Below, piece by piece: positions 20,031 to 28,634 of a stretch of 64,000 nt of DNA. Every line of letters begins with the position of its first letter. Within the stretch, counting starts at the first letter, position 1. The stretch comes from an uncultured Alphaproteobacteria bacterium (GTDB taxonomy: Bacteria > Pseudomonadota > Alphaproteobacteria > HIMB59 > GCA-002718135), in assembly GCA_902597795.1 (NCBI GenBank), contig CACJZA010000005.1, forward strand, positions 12,082-76,081, given 5' to 3'. The notes under the pieces were generated by a model. That model was not told where the DNA came from, made no database searches, and saw only the letters and a program-made list of their open reading frames with translations. Both the position numbers and the translations under genes were made by a program.

Positions 20031-21083
20031 TTAATTTGATTTAAATTTATTAAAATATTTAGTTGATAATTTTGATTTTTTTGGAGAGTCAGCTGTATCA
20101 GCAAAAAGCATACTTAAAGTTGCTTCATCTGGATAAATAGCAGGATCTTCAAAAATTTCAGGATCAACTAACTCATTAGCTGCTTTATTTGGGTTTGAAT
20201 ACCAAACATAGTTAGTAATATCAGCAGCAACTTGAGGTCTTAAAATATAATTTATGAATTTGTGAGCATTCTCAACATTTTTTGCATCAGCTGGAATAGC
20301 CATCATATCAAACCAAATTACGGTCCCTTCGGATGGAATTGAGTACCAAGCTTCTACTCCATCTGCAGCTTCATCTGCAGCTAGAAAAACGTCACCTGAC
20401 CAACCCATAGTTAAACAGATCTCTCCATTTGCTAAATCATCGATATATTGAGAAGAATCAAAATATCTTATGTAAGGTCTTATTTCCTGTAACATTTCAA
20501 GAGCGATCTCATAATCTTTCTCATCCTCAGTATAAGGATCTTTTCCAACGTATTTTAAAGCGATTTCCATAACCTCTGTAGGAGCATCCAACATTGCGAT
20601 TCCACAGTCTGCATATTTTGATGCAATAGCTGGATCAAACAAAATGCTCCAACTTGTAATATCATTTTCATCAACTTTATCAGTATTGTAACCAATGCCA
20701 GTGGTACCATACATATAGTTTACTGAATACTGACCGCCTGGATCATGTGCATCAATTTTTGCTAGTACATCAGGATCTAAATTACCAATGTTTGAAAGTT
20801 GAGCCTTATCAAGTTTTTGAAATACTCCAGCCTTGATTTGGTTTTCTAAAAAAGAACCTGAAGGTACGACAATATCATAGCCAGACCCACCAGCTAAAAG
20901 TTTAGCTTCAAGAACCTCATTTGAATCAAAAACATCATAAGTTACATCAATGTCAAATTCATTTTCAAAATTTTCAATTGTATCTTCGGCAATATAGTCA
21001 GACCAATTGTAAATAAATAGTTCTTCTTTAGCCTGAGCTGAAAAAGAAATTAAAACTAATAGAGATATAAAATACTTAAGCAT
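20031..21083 (-). CDS. potF: Putrescine/polyamine ABC substrate-binding protein
   Basis: Signal peptide (SFSAQA), IYNWSDYIA, YDVFDSNEVLEAKLLAGGSGYDIVVPS, GWSGDV and IP.EG...WFD. AGGAGG SD upstream. Confidence 0.92.
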   Translation of the reverse strand: MLKYFISLLVLISFSAQAKEELFIYNWSDYIAEDTIENFENEFDIDVTYDVFDSNEVLEAKLLAGGSGYDIVVPSGSFLENQIKAGVFQKLDKAQLSNIGNLDPDVLAKIDAHDPGGQYSVNYMYGTTGIGYNTDKVDENDITSWSILFDPAIASKYADCGIAMLDAPTEVMEIALKYVGKDPYTEDEKDYEIALEMLQEIRPYIRYFDSSQYIDDLANGEICLTMGWSGDVFLAADEAADGVEAWYSIPSEGTVIWFDMMAIPADAKNVENAHKFINYILRPQVAADITNYVWYSNPNKAANELVDPEIFEDPAIYPDEATLSMLFADTADSPKKSKLSTKYFNKFKSN

Positions 21084-21123
21084 TATTCCCCTCCTAAATA
21101 AAAATTACATTAAATAAAATAAA

Positions 21124-21981
21124 TTAAAAATCGAGAATTTTTTTATATAGATCTGGCCTTCTGTCTCTAAAGTTACCCCATAATTTTCTATATTCTCTTG
21201 AAATTAACAAATCTAAAGTCGCAGTTATTATTCCCTCATCCTTATCATTCATACGATTTATTATATTTCCAAGATGATCTAGTATAAAAGAATTACCATA
21301 AAAATTTAATTCAATATCAGCTTCGACCTCCTTCCCTATTCTATTCGAGGTTATTATAGGTATTTGATTTGCAGCAGCATGTCCTACCATTGTATTAATC
21401 CAATGATCCTTTGAATTTAATTCAGGCATGTGCGGCTCAGAGCCAATTGCTGATGGATATAAAATTAAATCTGCACCTTTCAACGTTAGTATTCTTGCAC
21501 ATTCAGGAAACCACTGATCCCAACAAATTGCACAGCCAACTTTTGCCAGAGGGGTGTCAAAAACCATAAAACCTGTGTTGCCTTTTTCAAAATAATACTT
21601 CTCATTATATCCAGGCCCTTCAGGGATGTGGGATTTATTATAGACTTCACTTATTTTACCTAATGAATCAATCATAACTAAAGAGTTAAAAAACTTATTT
21701 TCTTTTTTTTGAAAAAAACTAATTGGTAATGAAATCTTTTTATCTTTACAAATATTAGATAATTTTTCGAACATTGGGTGGGAAGGAAAATCAATTGCAA
21801 GATCAAAAAATTTATCATTTTTTGTTGAACAAAAATAATAATCTTGAAATAATTCTTGCAGAAGTAAAAAATCAACATTTTCTTTTGAAGCTTTTTCAAC
21901 TAAACTAATTGCTTTATTTAAATTAGCGTCAAAGTTTCCTTTAAGAGCCTTAAATTGTGATGTTGCTACTTTTACCTTCAT
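21124..21981 (-). CDS. aguB: N-carbamoylputrescine amidase (nitrilase fold)
   Basis: Glu-Lys-Cys triad motifs LLQELF, Y.KSHIP.GPGY.EKYYF and ICWDQWFPE.AR, plus AIGSEP and FRDRRPDLY. ATGA overlap with aguA. Confidence 0.9.
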   Translation of the reverse strand: MKVKVATSQFKALKGNFDANLNKAISLVEKASKENVDFLLLQELFQDYYFCSTKNDKFFDLAIDFPSHPMFEKLSNICKDKKISLPISFFQKKENKFFNSLVMIDSLGKISEVYNKSHIPEGPGYNEKYYFEKGNTGFMVFDTPLAKVGCAICWDQWFPECARILTLKGADLILYPSAIGSEPHMPELNSKDHWINTMVGHAAANQIPIITSNRIGKEVEADIELNFYGNSFILDHLGNIINRMNDKDEGIITATLDLLISREYRKLWGNFRDRRPDLYKKILDF

Positions 21982-22961
21982 ATTTTTGGTACATTCATTG
22001 TTATACAATGAATATTTCCTCCACCATAATTTATATTTTCTGTTTCCAACATTATAATCTCTCGATTTGGGAATAACTTTTCAAAAGTTAATTTTACCTC
22101 ATTGTCTTCCTTAACATTGAATTTAGGTAAGATAATTTTATTTTTACTGAAATAGAAATTTATATATGAGCTAATAATATTCTTATTATTAATCTTTTTT
22201 CTTGTAGGTAAAGGAACTTCAATTAAATCAAATGTCTGATTAGTATCTTTAAAAAATTTAATAAGATCAGATTTGTTTTTTTCTAATATTTCAAAATTAG
22301 GATCTAATTTATGAGTTGTAGCAATTAAATATTTATTTTTTCCTATTGGGCATAATAAATTATCTACATGACCATCTGTATCATCCTCCATTAGTCCATT
22401 TTCAAAGAAAAAAATATAATTTAAGTCAAACAATAGCTTTAATTTTTCAATTATATATTCACTATTATGTTTTTGTTTTCTATTTTTATTAAATATTACA
22501 TTTTTAGTGCTAAATAAATTTTTTTTATCATCATAAGTTATTGCTCCTCCTTCAATAACTAAGTCAGAAATTTTTGTTGGGATATTTAAATAGTTTGAAA
22601 TAAATTTTGATATTTTATTATCATTTAAATAATCTGGATACTTTCCATAACCATTAAATTCAAAGCTAATTGATTTTAATTTTTCATCTTCTTTATAAAA
22701 AATTGGTGCAATATCTCGCATCCAAGAATCATCTAATTTACATTCTATAATATCTATATTTTTATGATCAATTTTATTTTGAATTTCATTTATGTCTTCT
22801 TTATTTGACAAAACAATAACATGCTCAGTTTTTGCAATTTCATTAATTACATTTGCAACTTCATCTCTAGCCTTATTAATAATTTTACCATAAAGATCTT
22901 TATTACACGGCCAAGCAATCAAACAATATTGGTGCTCATACCATTCAGGAATTAGTTTCAT
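21978..22961 (-). CDS. aguA: Agmatine deiminase
   Basis: PEW..H, DDSWMRD, EGG, DTDGHVDN, SYINFY and GGGNIHCIT (catalytic Cys). Confidence 0.88.
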   Translation of the reverse strand: MKLIPEWYEHQYCLIAWPCNKDLYGKIINKARDEVANVINEIAKTEHVIVLSNKEDINEIQNKIDHKNIDIIECKLDDSWMRDIAPIFYKEDEKLKSISFEFNGYGKYPDYLNDNKISKFISNYLNIPTKISDLVIEGGAITYDDKKNLFSTKNVIFNKNRKQKHNSEYIIEKLKLLFDLNYIFFFENGLMEDDTDGHVDNLLCPIGKNKYLIATTHKLDPNFEILEKNKSDLIKFFKDTNQTFDLIEVPLPTRKKINNKNIISSYINFYFSKNKIILPKFNVKEDNEVKLTFEKLFPNREIIMLETENINYGGGNIHCITMNVPKI

Positions 22962-22989
22962 AAAATTTAAAAATATGTATAATTATTTC

Positions 22990-23553
22990 ATGTCTAAAGA
23001 TGAAGTAAAATTCACTGAAATGAAACATGGTGATAAAGAGGATTATGAACTTCTTGCTAATTTTGAAGATAAATTTATTGAAGGTACAGCTGATAGAATA
23101 GTAAGAGTGCTAGAAAGTTTAGACAATTCTTTAGGTGGCTATAAGGTATCTAGATTAGAACACTCTCTTCAAACTGCATCAAGAGCGTTACGTGAACAAG
23201 CTTCTGAAGAAATGGTGGTGGCTTCATTGTTGCATGATATAGGTGATGAAATTGCACCTCTTAATCATTCTGAACTTGCCGCTGCAGTATTAAAACCTTT
23301 TGTTTCTGAAAAAACAAGATGGATTGTAGAACAACACGGTTTGTTTCAAGCCTACTACTATAATCATTATTATGGAAAAGATAGAAATCTAAGAAATAAA
23401 TTCAAAGGTCATGAATTCTTTAAAGATACTATAGATTTTTGTGAAAGATGGGATCAAGCATCATTTGATCCAAATTATGATACAATTCCTTTAAAAGAAT
23501 TTGTTCCAATGGTTCAAAGAATATTTAATAGAACACCTTATAGAAATTTATAA
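22990..23553 (+). CDS. HD-domain protein, PhnZ/TmpB-like putative diiron oxygenase
   Basis: LEHSLQTA, LLHDIGD, NHSE, QHGLFQ and WDQ give the H-HD-H-H-D pattern. Start placed at the second Met (22990). Confidence 0.75.
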   Translation: MSKDEVKFTEMKHGDKEDYELLANFEDKFIEGTADRIVRVLESLDNSLGGYKVSRLEHSLQTASRALREQASEEMVVASLLHDIGDEIAPLNHSELAAAVLKPFVSEKTRWIVEQHGLFQAYYYNHYYGKDRNLRNKFKGHEFFKDTIDFCERWDQASFDPNYDTIPLKEFVPMVQRIFNRTPYRNL

Positions 23554-24021
23554 CTGTTTTTTTAACTTATTGATTAGCGTAAGGTTACCTGGATCAAAGT
23601 TATTTTTATTTTCTTGAATAAATTTATCTATATCTTTTTGCTTTTCTAATTCTAATTCAGAAACTTTTCTAATATTTAAATCAACATACAAAGAACAAAC
23701 CTCTGTTGTTGCTGCTCTGTAACCTTCAAGCTTATGTGTCATTTCTAATTTATAAATTAATCTTTTTTTATCCCTATCAAGAAATAACAAATTAATATCT
23801 ACTTCATCACCCTCTTTCACTTCTTTGTCATAAGTTGTGTGTGATTCAACGGCAAAAGTAGTTTTCTTCTCTGTTTTTGCAGAAGTTTCACCCATATTAA
23901 ATTTTTGTAAAAGAACTTCCCATCCAGCATCAAAAAGATGAATATAAAATGCCAAATTCATATGACCATTGTAATCGGTCCATTCCTTTTTAACTCTTCC
24001 TGAATTTAAATATATCTTCAT
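23548..24021 (-). CDS. Hotdog-fold thioesterase, betainyl-CoA thioesterase (CdhB)-like
   Basis: V..EWTDYNGHMN.A.Y, TFAVESH..Y..EV and D.KRL motifs. Adjacent to carnitine genes. Confidence 0.75.
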   Translation of the reverse strand: MKIYLNSGRVKKEWTDYNGHMNLAFYIHLFDAGWEVLLQKFNMGETSAKTEKKTTFAVESHTTYDKEVKEGDEVDINLLFLDRDKKRLIYKLEMTHKLEGYRAATTEVCSLYVDLNIRKVSELELEKQKDIDKFIQENKNNFDPGNLTLINKLKKQL

Positions 24022-24063
24022 TGTTTTTCTTTATTAATTCAAAAAATATAGTAGTTTAAAATA

Positions 24064-24954
24064 ATGAATAATGAAGTAATAATTTCATGTGCCGTAACTG
24101 GATCAGGAGATACAGCAGGTAAACATCCTGAATTACCTATAACGCCAAAACAAATTGCTGATGCTTCAATTGAAGCCGCTAAAGCAGGTGCTGCAATAGC
24201 TCATGTACATGTAAGGGAACCTGATGGCAAACCTTCAAGAAATTTAAATTATTATAAAGAAGTAGCAGATAGAATTCGCTCCTCTGAAACTGATGTAGTT
24301 TTAAATTTTACAACAGGTATGGGGGGTGATTTTGAAGTTGGGACTGGGAAAGATCCTTTAAATCCGGTGGGAGCAAATACAGATATGATCGATGCATTAA
24401 GCAGATTAGAACATGTTGAAGAGTTATTACCTGAAATTTGTACTTTAGATTGCGGATCACTTAATTTTGGTGACTCAAACATGACATTTATTCATACACC
24501 GATACAACTAAGAACTGCAGCAAAAAAAATGCAGGAGCTTGGAGTGAAACCGGAAATGGAAGCTTTTGAAATGGGTCATTTATGGTTTGCTAACCAACTT
24601 TATAAAGAAGGTTTAATTGATGGTCCTCCTTTTTATCAAATATGCCTTGGTATACCTTGGGGGTCACCAGCAACAACGAGCGCAATGAAAGCAATGGCTG
24701 AAATGGTGCCTACTGAAGGTATTTGGTCTGGATTTGGAATAGGAAGATCTCAAATGCCTATGGCTGCACAAGCAGTTATTTTAGGAGGAAATGTTCGTGT
24801 AGGACTGGAAGACAATCTTTATTTAAAGAAAGGGGTTTTTGCATCAAATGCACAGTTAGTTGAAAAGGCAAGGTGCATTGTAGAAGATATGGGAGCTTCT
24901 ATTTTATCACCACAACAAACAAGAGAAAAATTAAAACTAAAAAAACATTTTTAA
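24064..24954 (+). CDS. Beta-keto acid cleavage enzyme (BKACE/DUF849), 3-dehydrocarnitine cleavage enzyme (CdhC)-like
   Basis: [49 protein letters not shown] and [12 protein letters not shown]. Confidence 0.88.
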   Translation: MNNEVIISCAVTGSGDTAGKHPELPITPKQIADASIEAAKAGAAIAHVHVREPDGKPSRNLNYYKEVADRIRSSETDVVLNFTTGMGGDFEVGTGKDPLNPVGANTDMIDALSRLEHVEELLPEICTLDCGSLNFGDSNMTFIHTPIQLRTAAKKMQELGVKPEMEAFEMGHLWFANQLYKEGLIDGPPFYQICLGIPWGSPATTSAMKAMAEMVPTEGIWSGFGIGRSQMPMAAQAVILGGNVRVGLEDNLYLKKGVFASNAQLVEKARCIVEDMGASILSPQQTREKLKLKKHF

Positions 24955-24955
24955 T

Positions 24956-25876
24956 TTGAAAAATATTGCTGTCATTGGAACTGGTGTAATTGGTACCGGC
25001 TGGATACTTAGATTTCTTGCTAACGGTATAAAAGTCAAAGCATTTGATAAAAATTCTCAGCAATTAAATTTTCTAAAAGATGAAATAACAAGAACAAACT
25101 TAATTATTAAAAAATTATATAATACAAAAATCAATTTAAAAAATTTGGAAATCGTAGAAGATATTGAGGAAACAGTGAAAAATGCAGATTTAATTCAAGA
25201 AAACGTACCTGAACGACTATCTTTAAAAAAAGATGTTATAAAAAATATAAGTAAATATTCACCATCAAATTCAATAATTGCTTCAAGTTCATCTGGCTTA
25301 CTTCCATCAGATTTACAATCAAAATGTATTAATCCAAAAAGATTAATCATAGCACATCCCTTTAACCCTGTATATATTCTCCCATTGGTTGAAATTGTAA
25401 AAGGAAAAAAAACTACAAATTTATATCTTAATAAAGCAAAAAAATTTTATCAAAAAATGAAAATGCAAACATTATTGGTAGAAAAAGAATTGCCAGGCTT
25501 TTTATCTGATAGATTACAAGAAGCTTTATGGAGAGAGGGATTACATATTGTAAATGATGGATTTGCTTCAACAAAAGATTTAGATGAAGCGATTACCTAT
25601 GGTCCTGGTATGAGGTGGGCTCTAATGGGAACTTTTTTGACATTTCATCTAGCAGGAGGAGAAATGGGTATGAAACACATGTTAGATCAATTTGGACCAG
25701 CATTGAAGCTTCCATGGACTAAACTCAAATCTCCAAAACTAACAAAAAAACTTAAAGAAAAAATCATTAAAGGCACAAAAAAACAGTCAAAGAATCATTC
25801 TATAAAAGATTTAAGTAACATAAGAGATAATTTCTTAATAGATTTGCTAGAATTAAAGAAAAAATATAAATTATAA
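24956..25876 (+). CDS. lcdH: L-carnitine 3-dehydrogenase (3-hydroxyacyl-CoA dehydrogenase family)
   Basis: GTGVIG.GW..RFL, IQENVPERL..K, SSSSGLLPS, HPFNPVY.LPLVE, DRLQEALWRE, GGE.GM.H...QFGPALKLPWTKL. TTG start 1 nt after the BKACE stop. Confidence 0.88.
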   Translation: MKNIAVIGTGVIGTGWILRFLANGIKVKAFDKNSQQLNFLKDEITRTNLIIKKLYNTKINLKNLEIVEDIEETVKNADLIQENVPERLSLKKDVIKNISKYSPSNSIIASSSSGLLPSDLQSKCINPKRLIIAHPFNPVYILPLVEIVKGKKTTNLYLNKAKKFYQKMKMQTLLVEKELPGFLSDRLQEALWREGLHIVNDGFASTKDLDEAITYGPGMRWALMGTFLTFHLAGGEMGMKHMLDQFGPALKLPWTKLKSPKLTKKLKEKIIKGTKKQSKNHSIKDLSNIRDNFLIDLLELKKKYKL

Positions 25877-25878
25877 TT

Positions 25879-26886
25879 ATGACAATAATCTCAAAATATG
25901 TAGCTTTAAAAAATTATATACCCACTGGGTTACCAAAAGAAGAAGATTTTGAAATTAAATCTAAAACTTTAGAATTAGATGAAACAAATAATATTCATGT
26001 TCTTAATTCATGGATATCTGTTGATCCGTATATGAGAGCAAGGATGACAGAACGTAAAAATTATAAACCACCCTTTTTACTAGGCGAGGAAATGGAAGGT
26101 TATGCAATTGGGTCAGTCCAAAAATCAAAAGATTCACAATTTAAAGAAGGAGATGTTGTTTTCAGTAATTTTGGAATGAGAGATAACTTCGTTTGCAAAG
26201 GCGGTGATTTAAAAAAAATAAAAAATTCCAATCTTCCATTGCAAACATATCTTGGGCCTTTAGGAATGACAGGGCAAACTGCATATATTGGTCTTTTTAA
26301 TCATGGGAATATACAAAAAGGACAAAGTATTCTTGTATCTTCAGCAGGTGGAAGTGTTGGTTCAACAGTTTGTCAAATTGCAAAAAATTTAGGATGCAAA
26401 GTATATGCTAGTACTGGATCAGATGAAAAAGTTGATTGGTTAAAAAATGAAATAAATGTCGATGTAGCATTTAATTATAAAAAAATTAATAACCTTGTTG
26501 TTCACCTAAAAGAAATTTGTCCTGAAGGATTTGACTTATACTTTGATAATGTGGGAGGTGATTTTTTAGAGTCTGCAATTTTTCGAATGAAAAATTTTGG
26601 AAGAATTATTATTTGTGGAAGAATATCTCAAATGAATTCAACTTCTGCACCTGCTGGATTAAAAAATATGGCTCACGTATTAGTAAAAAGATTAACTATA
26701 AAAGGTTTTTTAATTTTTGATCATGAAAATGATAACGAGCCTTTTGAAACTGATATGCGAAATTGGCTTTCAGAAGGGAAAATAAAATTTAAAGAAACAA
26801 TTTATGAAAATATAGAAAATGCTCCTAAAGCATTTATAGATCTACTTAATGGTAAAAATTTAGGTAAAATGTTAGTCAAAATTTAA
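25879..26886 (+). CDS. NADP-dependent oxidoreductase (MDR, CurA/PTGR1-like alkenal/one reductase)
   Basis: SVDPYMR.RM, LG.LGMTG.TAY.GL, VS.A.G.VGS...QIAK, D.YFDNVGG, CG.ISQ and G.N.GK..V. Confidence 0.88.
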   Translation: MTIISKYVALKNYIPTGLPKEEDFEIKSKTLELDETNNIHVLNSWISVDPYMRARMTERKNYKPPFLLGEEMEGYAIGSVQKSKDSQFKEGDVVFSNFGMRDNFVCKGGDLKKIKNSNLPLQTYLGPLGMTGQTAYIGLFNHGNIQKGQSILVSSAGGSVGSTVCQIAKNLGCKVYASTGSDEKVDWLKNEINVDVAFNYKKINNLVVHLKEICPEGFDLYFDNVGGDFLESAIFRMKNFGRIIICGRISQMNSTSAPAGLKNMAHVLVKRLTIKGFLIFDHENDNEPFETDMRNWLSEGKIKFKETIYENIENAPKAFIDLLNGKNLGKMLVKI

Positions 26887-28326
26887 CTAAATTGTAACGT
26901 AGGGTGACGTCCCCCTATATTTTATATCTAATTTAAGTTCTTTATCAATTGGAGGAAAAGCTCTTTGCTGACATTCCACTCTAGGGCAAATCCTGCAAGA
27001 AACTCCAATTGGCATTTGTAATTTTTTATTATTTAGATCAATTCCTTCAGAATAAATTAGATCTTTAGCGTATTTCATATCACAACCTAGACCAATCGAA
27101 ACAAAACTTTTAGGCATTCCATGTTTTTCAATTCCTTTCTCAAAAGCTCTTGCGATACAAAAATATACTCGCCCATCAGGCATCTTAGATATTTGAGGAT
27201 GAATTTTTCCAGGATTTAAAAATGCAGTATACACATTCCATCTAGGACAAGAACCTCCATGTCTAGGTATATGAATACCAGATAAAGAAAATCGCTTTGA
27301 TACATTTCCAGCAATATCTGTTTTTAAAAAATGAAATGGCACTCCTTCGTTTCCAGGTCTTTGAAGATTTGTTAATCTATGTGTAACTTGTTCAAAACTA
27401 CAAGCATAATGATGCATCAAAATTTCCACATCATATTTATGTAATTTAGCACTCTTTAAAAAATCGTTATAAGGCATCATAAAAGCAGCAGCGTAGTAAT
27501 TTAATAAAGATAGTTTAAGTAAAGGTTCTACTTCTTCTGACTCAACATTATTATCTTTAATAACTTTATTGATAACATCATTAGCCTCTAAATAAGCAAC
27601 TTGTGATGCTAAATGAAAGTTTCTTGATGTGTAAGTTAACATTTCAGAAAGATAAAAAATCTTTGAATTTTCATCAAATCTTTTTACTATTTTTTCATCT
27701 TCGTTTATGGTTACGATTTTAACTTCAATTCCATGTTTTTCTTTGAGATAAAGTGATAATTTAGACCCAGAACCAATGTTAGGTCCAGTTTCAAGACCTA
27801 TTTCTTTTCTTAGATTTTCAGAACTTACTTCTAAATCATGAAAGTAATTTTTATTTTCTTGAAGAATATCTGAAACAATTTCAACAGGTAGTCTTGTTGG
27901 TTTTTCTATTTGATTTGCATTGACATCCATCGTTTCAAGTCGATTTTGCATATCTTCTTTAAAGCTTTTATAAGAATCATTTATTGTCAGTAATGCTTTA
28001 GCTATGTTAGGATTTGAACCAATAAAGTCACTTGTGTCGTGATTGGTTATCTTTAAATCATCAAAAATTTCATTGCTTAAAACATCCATAACGTCTGAAA
28101 GAAGTCGTTTGCTAGATTCTGTTGAGAAGTCTTTAATTGATAAATCTAATTTATCAGCTGCTTTAATTAGTAAGGAAAGCGGTATTTTTCTTTTTCCACT
28201 TTCAATTAAATTTAAATAACTAGGAGATATTCCAATAGTTTTTGATAATTCAGCTTGTGAAAAACCTTTGCGTATCCTTTGTTTTTTTAACCTTGGACCA
28301 AAATTTATGTCAGATTCAATATTCAT
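26887..28326 (-). CDS. XRE-family short-chain fatty acyl-CoA regulator (ScfR/RamB/PccR family)
   Basis: N-terminal HTH (GISPSYLNLIESGKR), NYYAAAFMMPY, SFEQVTHRLT.LQRPG, D.AGNVSKRFS, GGSCP.WN and the C-terminal PIG.SCRICPR..C.QRAFPP Fe-S motif. Confidence 0.92.
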   Translation of the reverse strand: MNIESDINFGPRLKKQRIRKGFSQAELSKTIGISPSYLNLIESGKRKIPLSLLIKAADKLDLSIKDFSTESSKRLLSDVMDVLSNEIFDDLKITNHDTSDFIGSNPNIAKALLTINDSYKSFKEDMQNRLETMDVNANQIEKPTRLPVEIVSDILQENKNYFHDLEVSSENLRKEIGLETGPNIGSGSKLSLYLKEKHGIEVKIVTINEDEKIVKRFDENSKIFYLSEMLTYTSRNFHLASQVAYLEANDVINKVIKDNNVESEEVEPLLKLSLLNYYAAAFMMPYNDFLKSAKLHKYDVEILMHHYACSFEQVTHRLTNLQRPGNEGVPFHFLKTDIAGNVSKRFSLSGIHIPRHGGSCPRWNVYTAFLNPGKIHPQISKMPDGRVYFCIARAFEKGIEKHGMPKSFVSIGLGCDMKYAKDLIYSEGIDLNNKKLQMPIGVSCRICPRVECQQRAFPPIDKELKLDIKYRGTSPYVTI

Positions 28327-28434
28327 TTACAAAATTTACAAAAATAAAAAATTTAAAGTAATTTTCTTTACATTAAAAATAAGAAAAACTCTAGTTTTTT
28401 TTTACAATATTATGTATTTGTAAAATCTGTAAAT
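28326..28434. promoter_or_regulatory. Putative ScfR/RamB operator array in a divergent promoter
   Basis: TTTACA at 28326, 28335, 28367 and 28401, and TGTAAA at 28419 and 28428. Resembles the TTTGCAAA-type sites of RamB/PccR. Confidence 0.65.
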
Positions 28435-28614
28435 ATGAATAGTAAATTAACAGAAAACATTAATAACCAAAAAGAAAGCCTAGAACAGAGTTCTATTGAG
28501 AAGAAGGTTCTTGAAGGATCTATAGACTCAAATTATGACATTAATCTTGCTGATGGTATCGAAGCATACTACAGCGAAAGATATGGTTGGACTCTTAGAA
28601 GAAAAACTATCTAA
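28435..28614 (+). CDS. Small hypothetical protein, 59 aa (not in the ORF track)
   Basis: ATG at 28435 to TAA at 28614: MNSKLTENINNQKESLEQSSIEKKVLEGSIDSNYDINLADGIEAYYSERYGWTLRRKTI. Fills the gap between the regulator promoter and the betA stop, and has protein-like composition. Confidence 0.75.
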   Translation: MNSKLTENINNQKESLEQSSIEKKVLEGSIDSNYDINLADGIEAYYSERYGWTLRRKTI

Positions 28615-28634
28615 TTATATTAGATTTTAATTCT

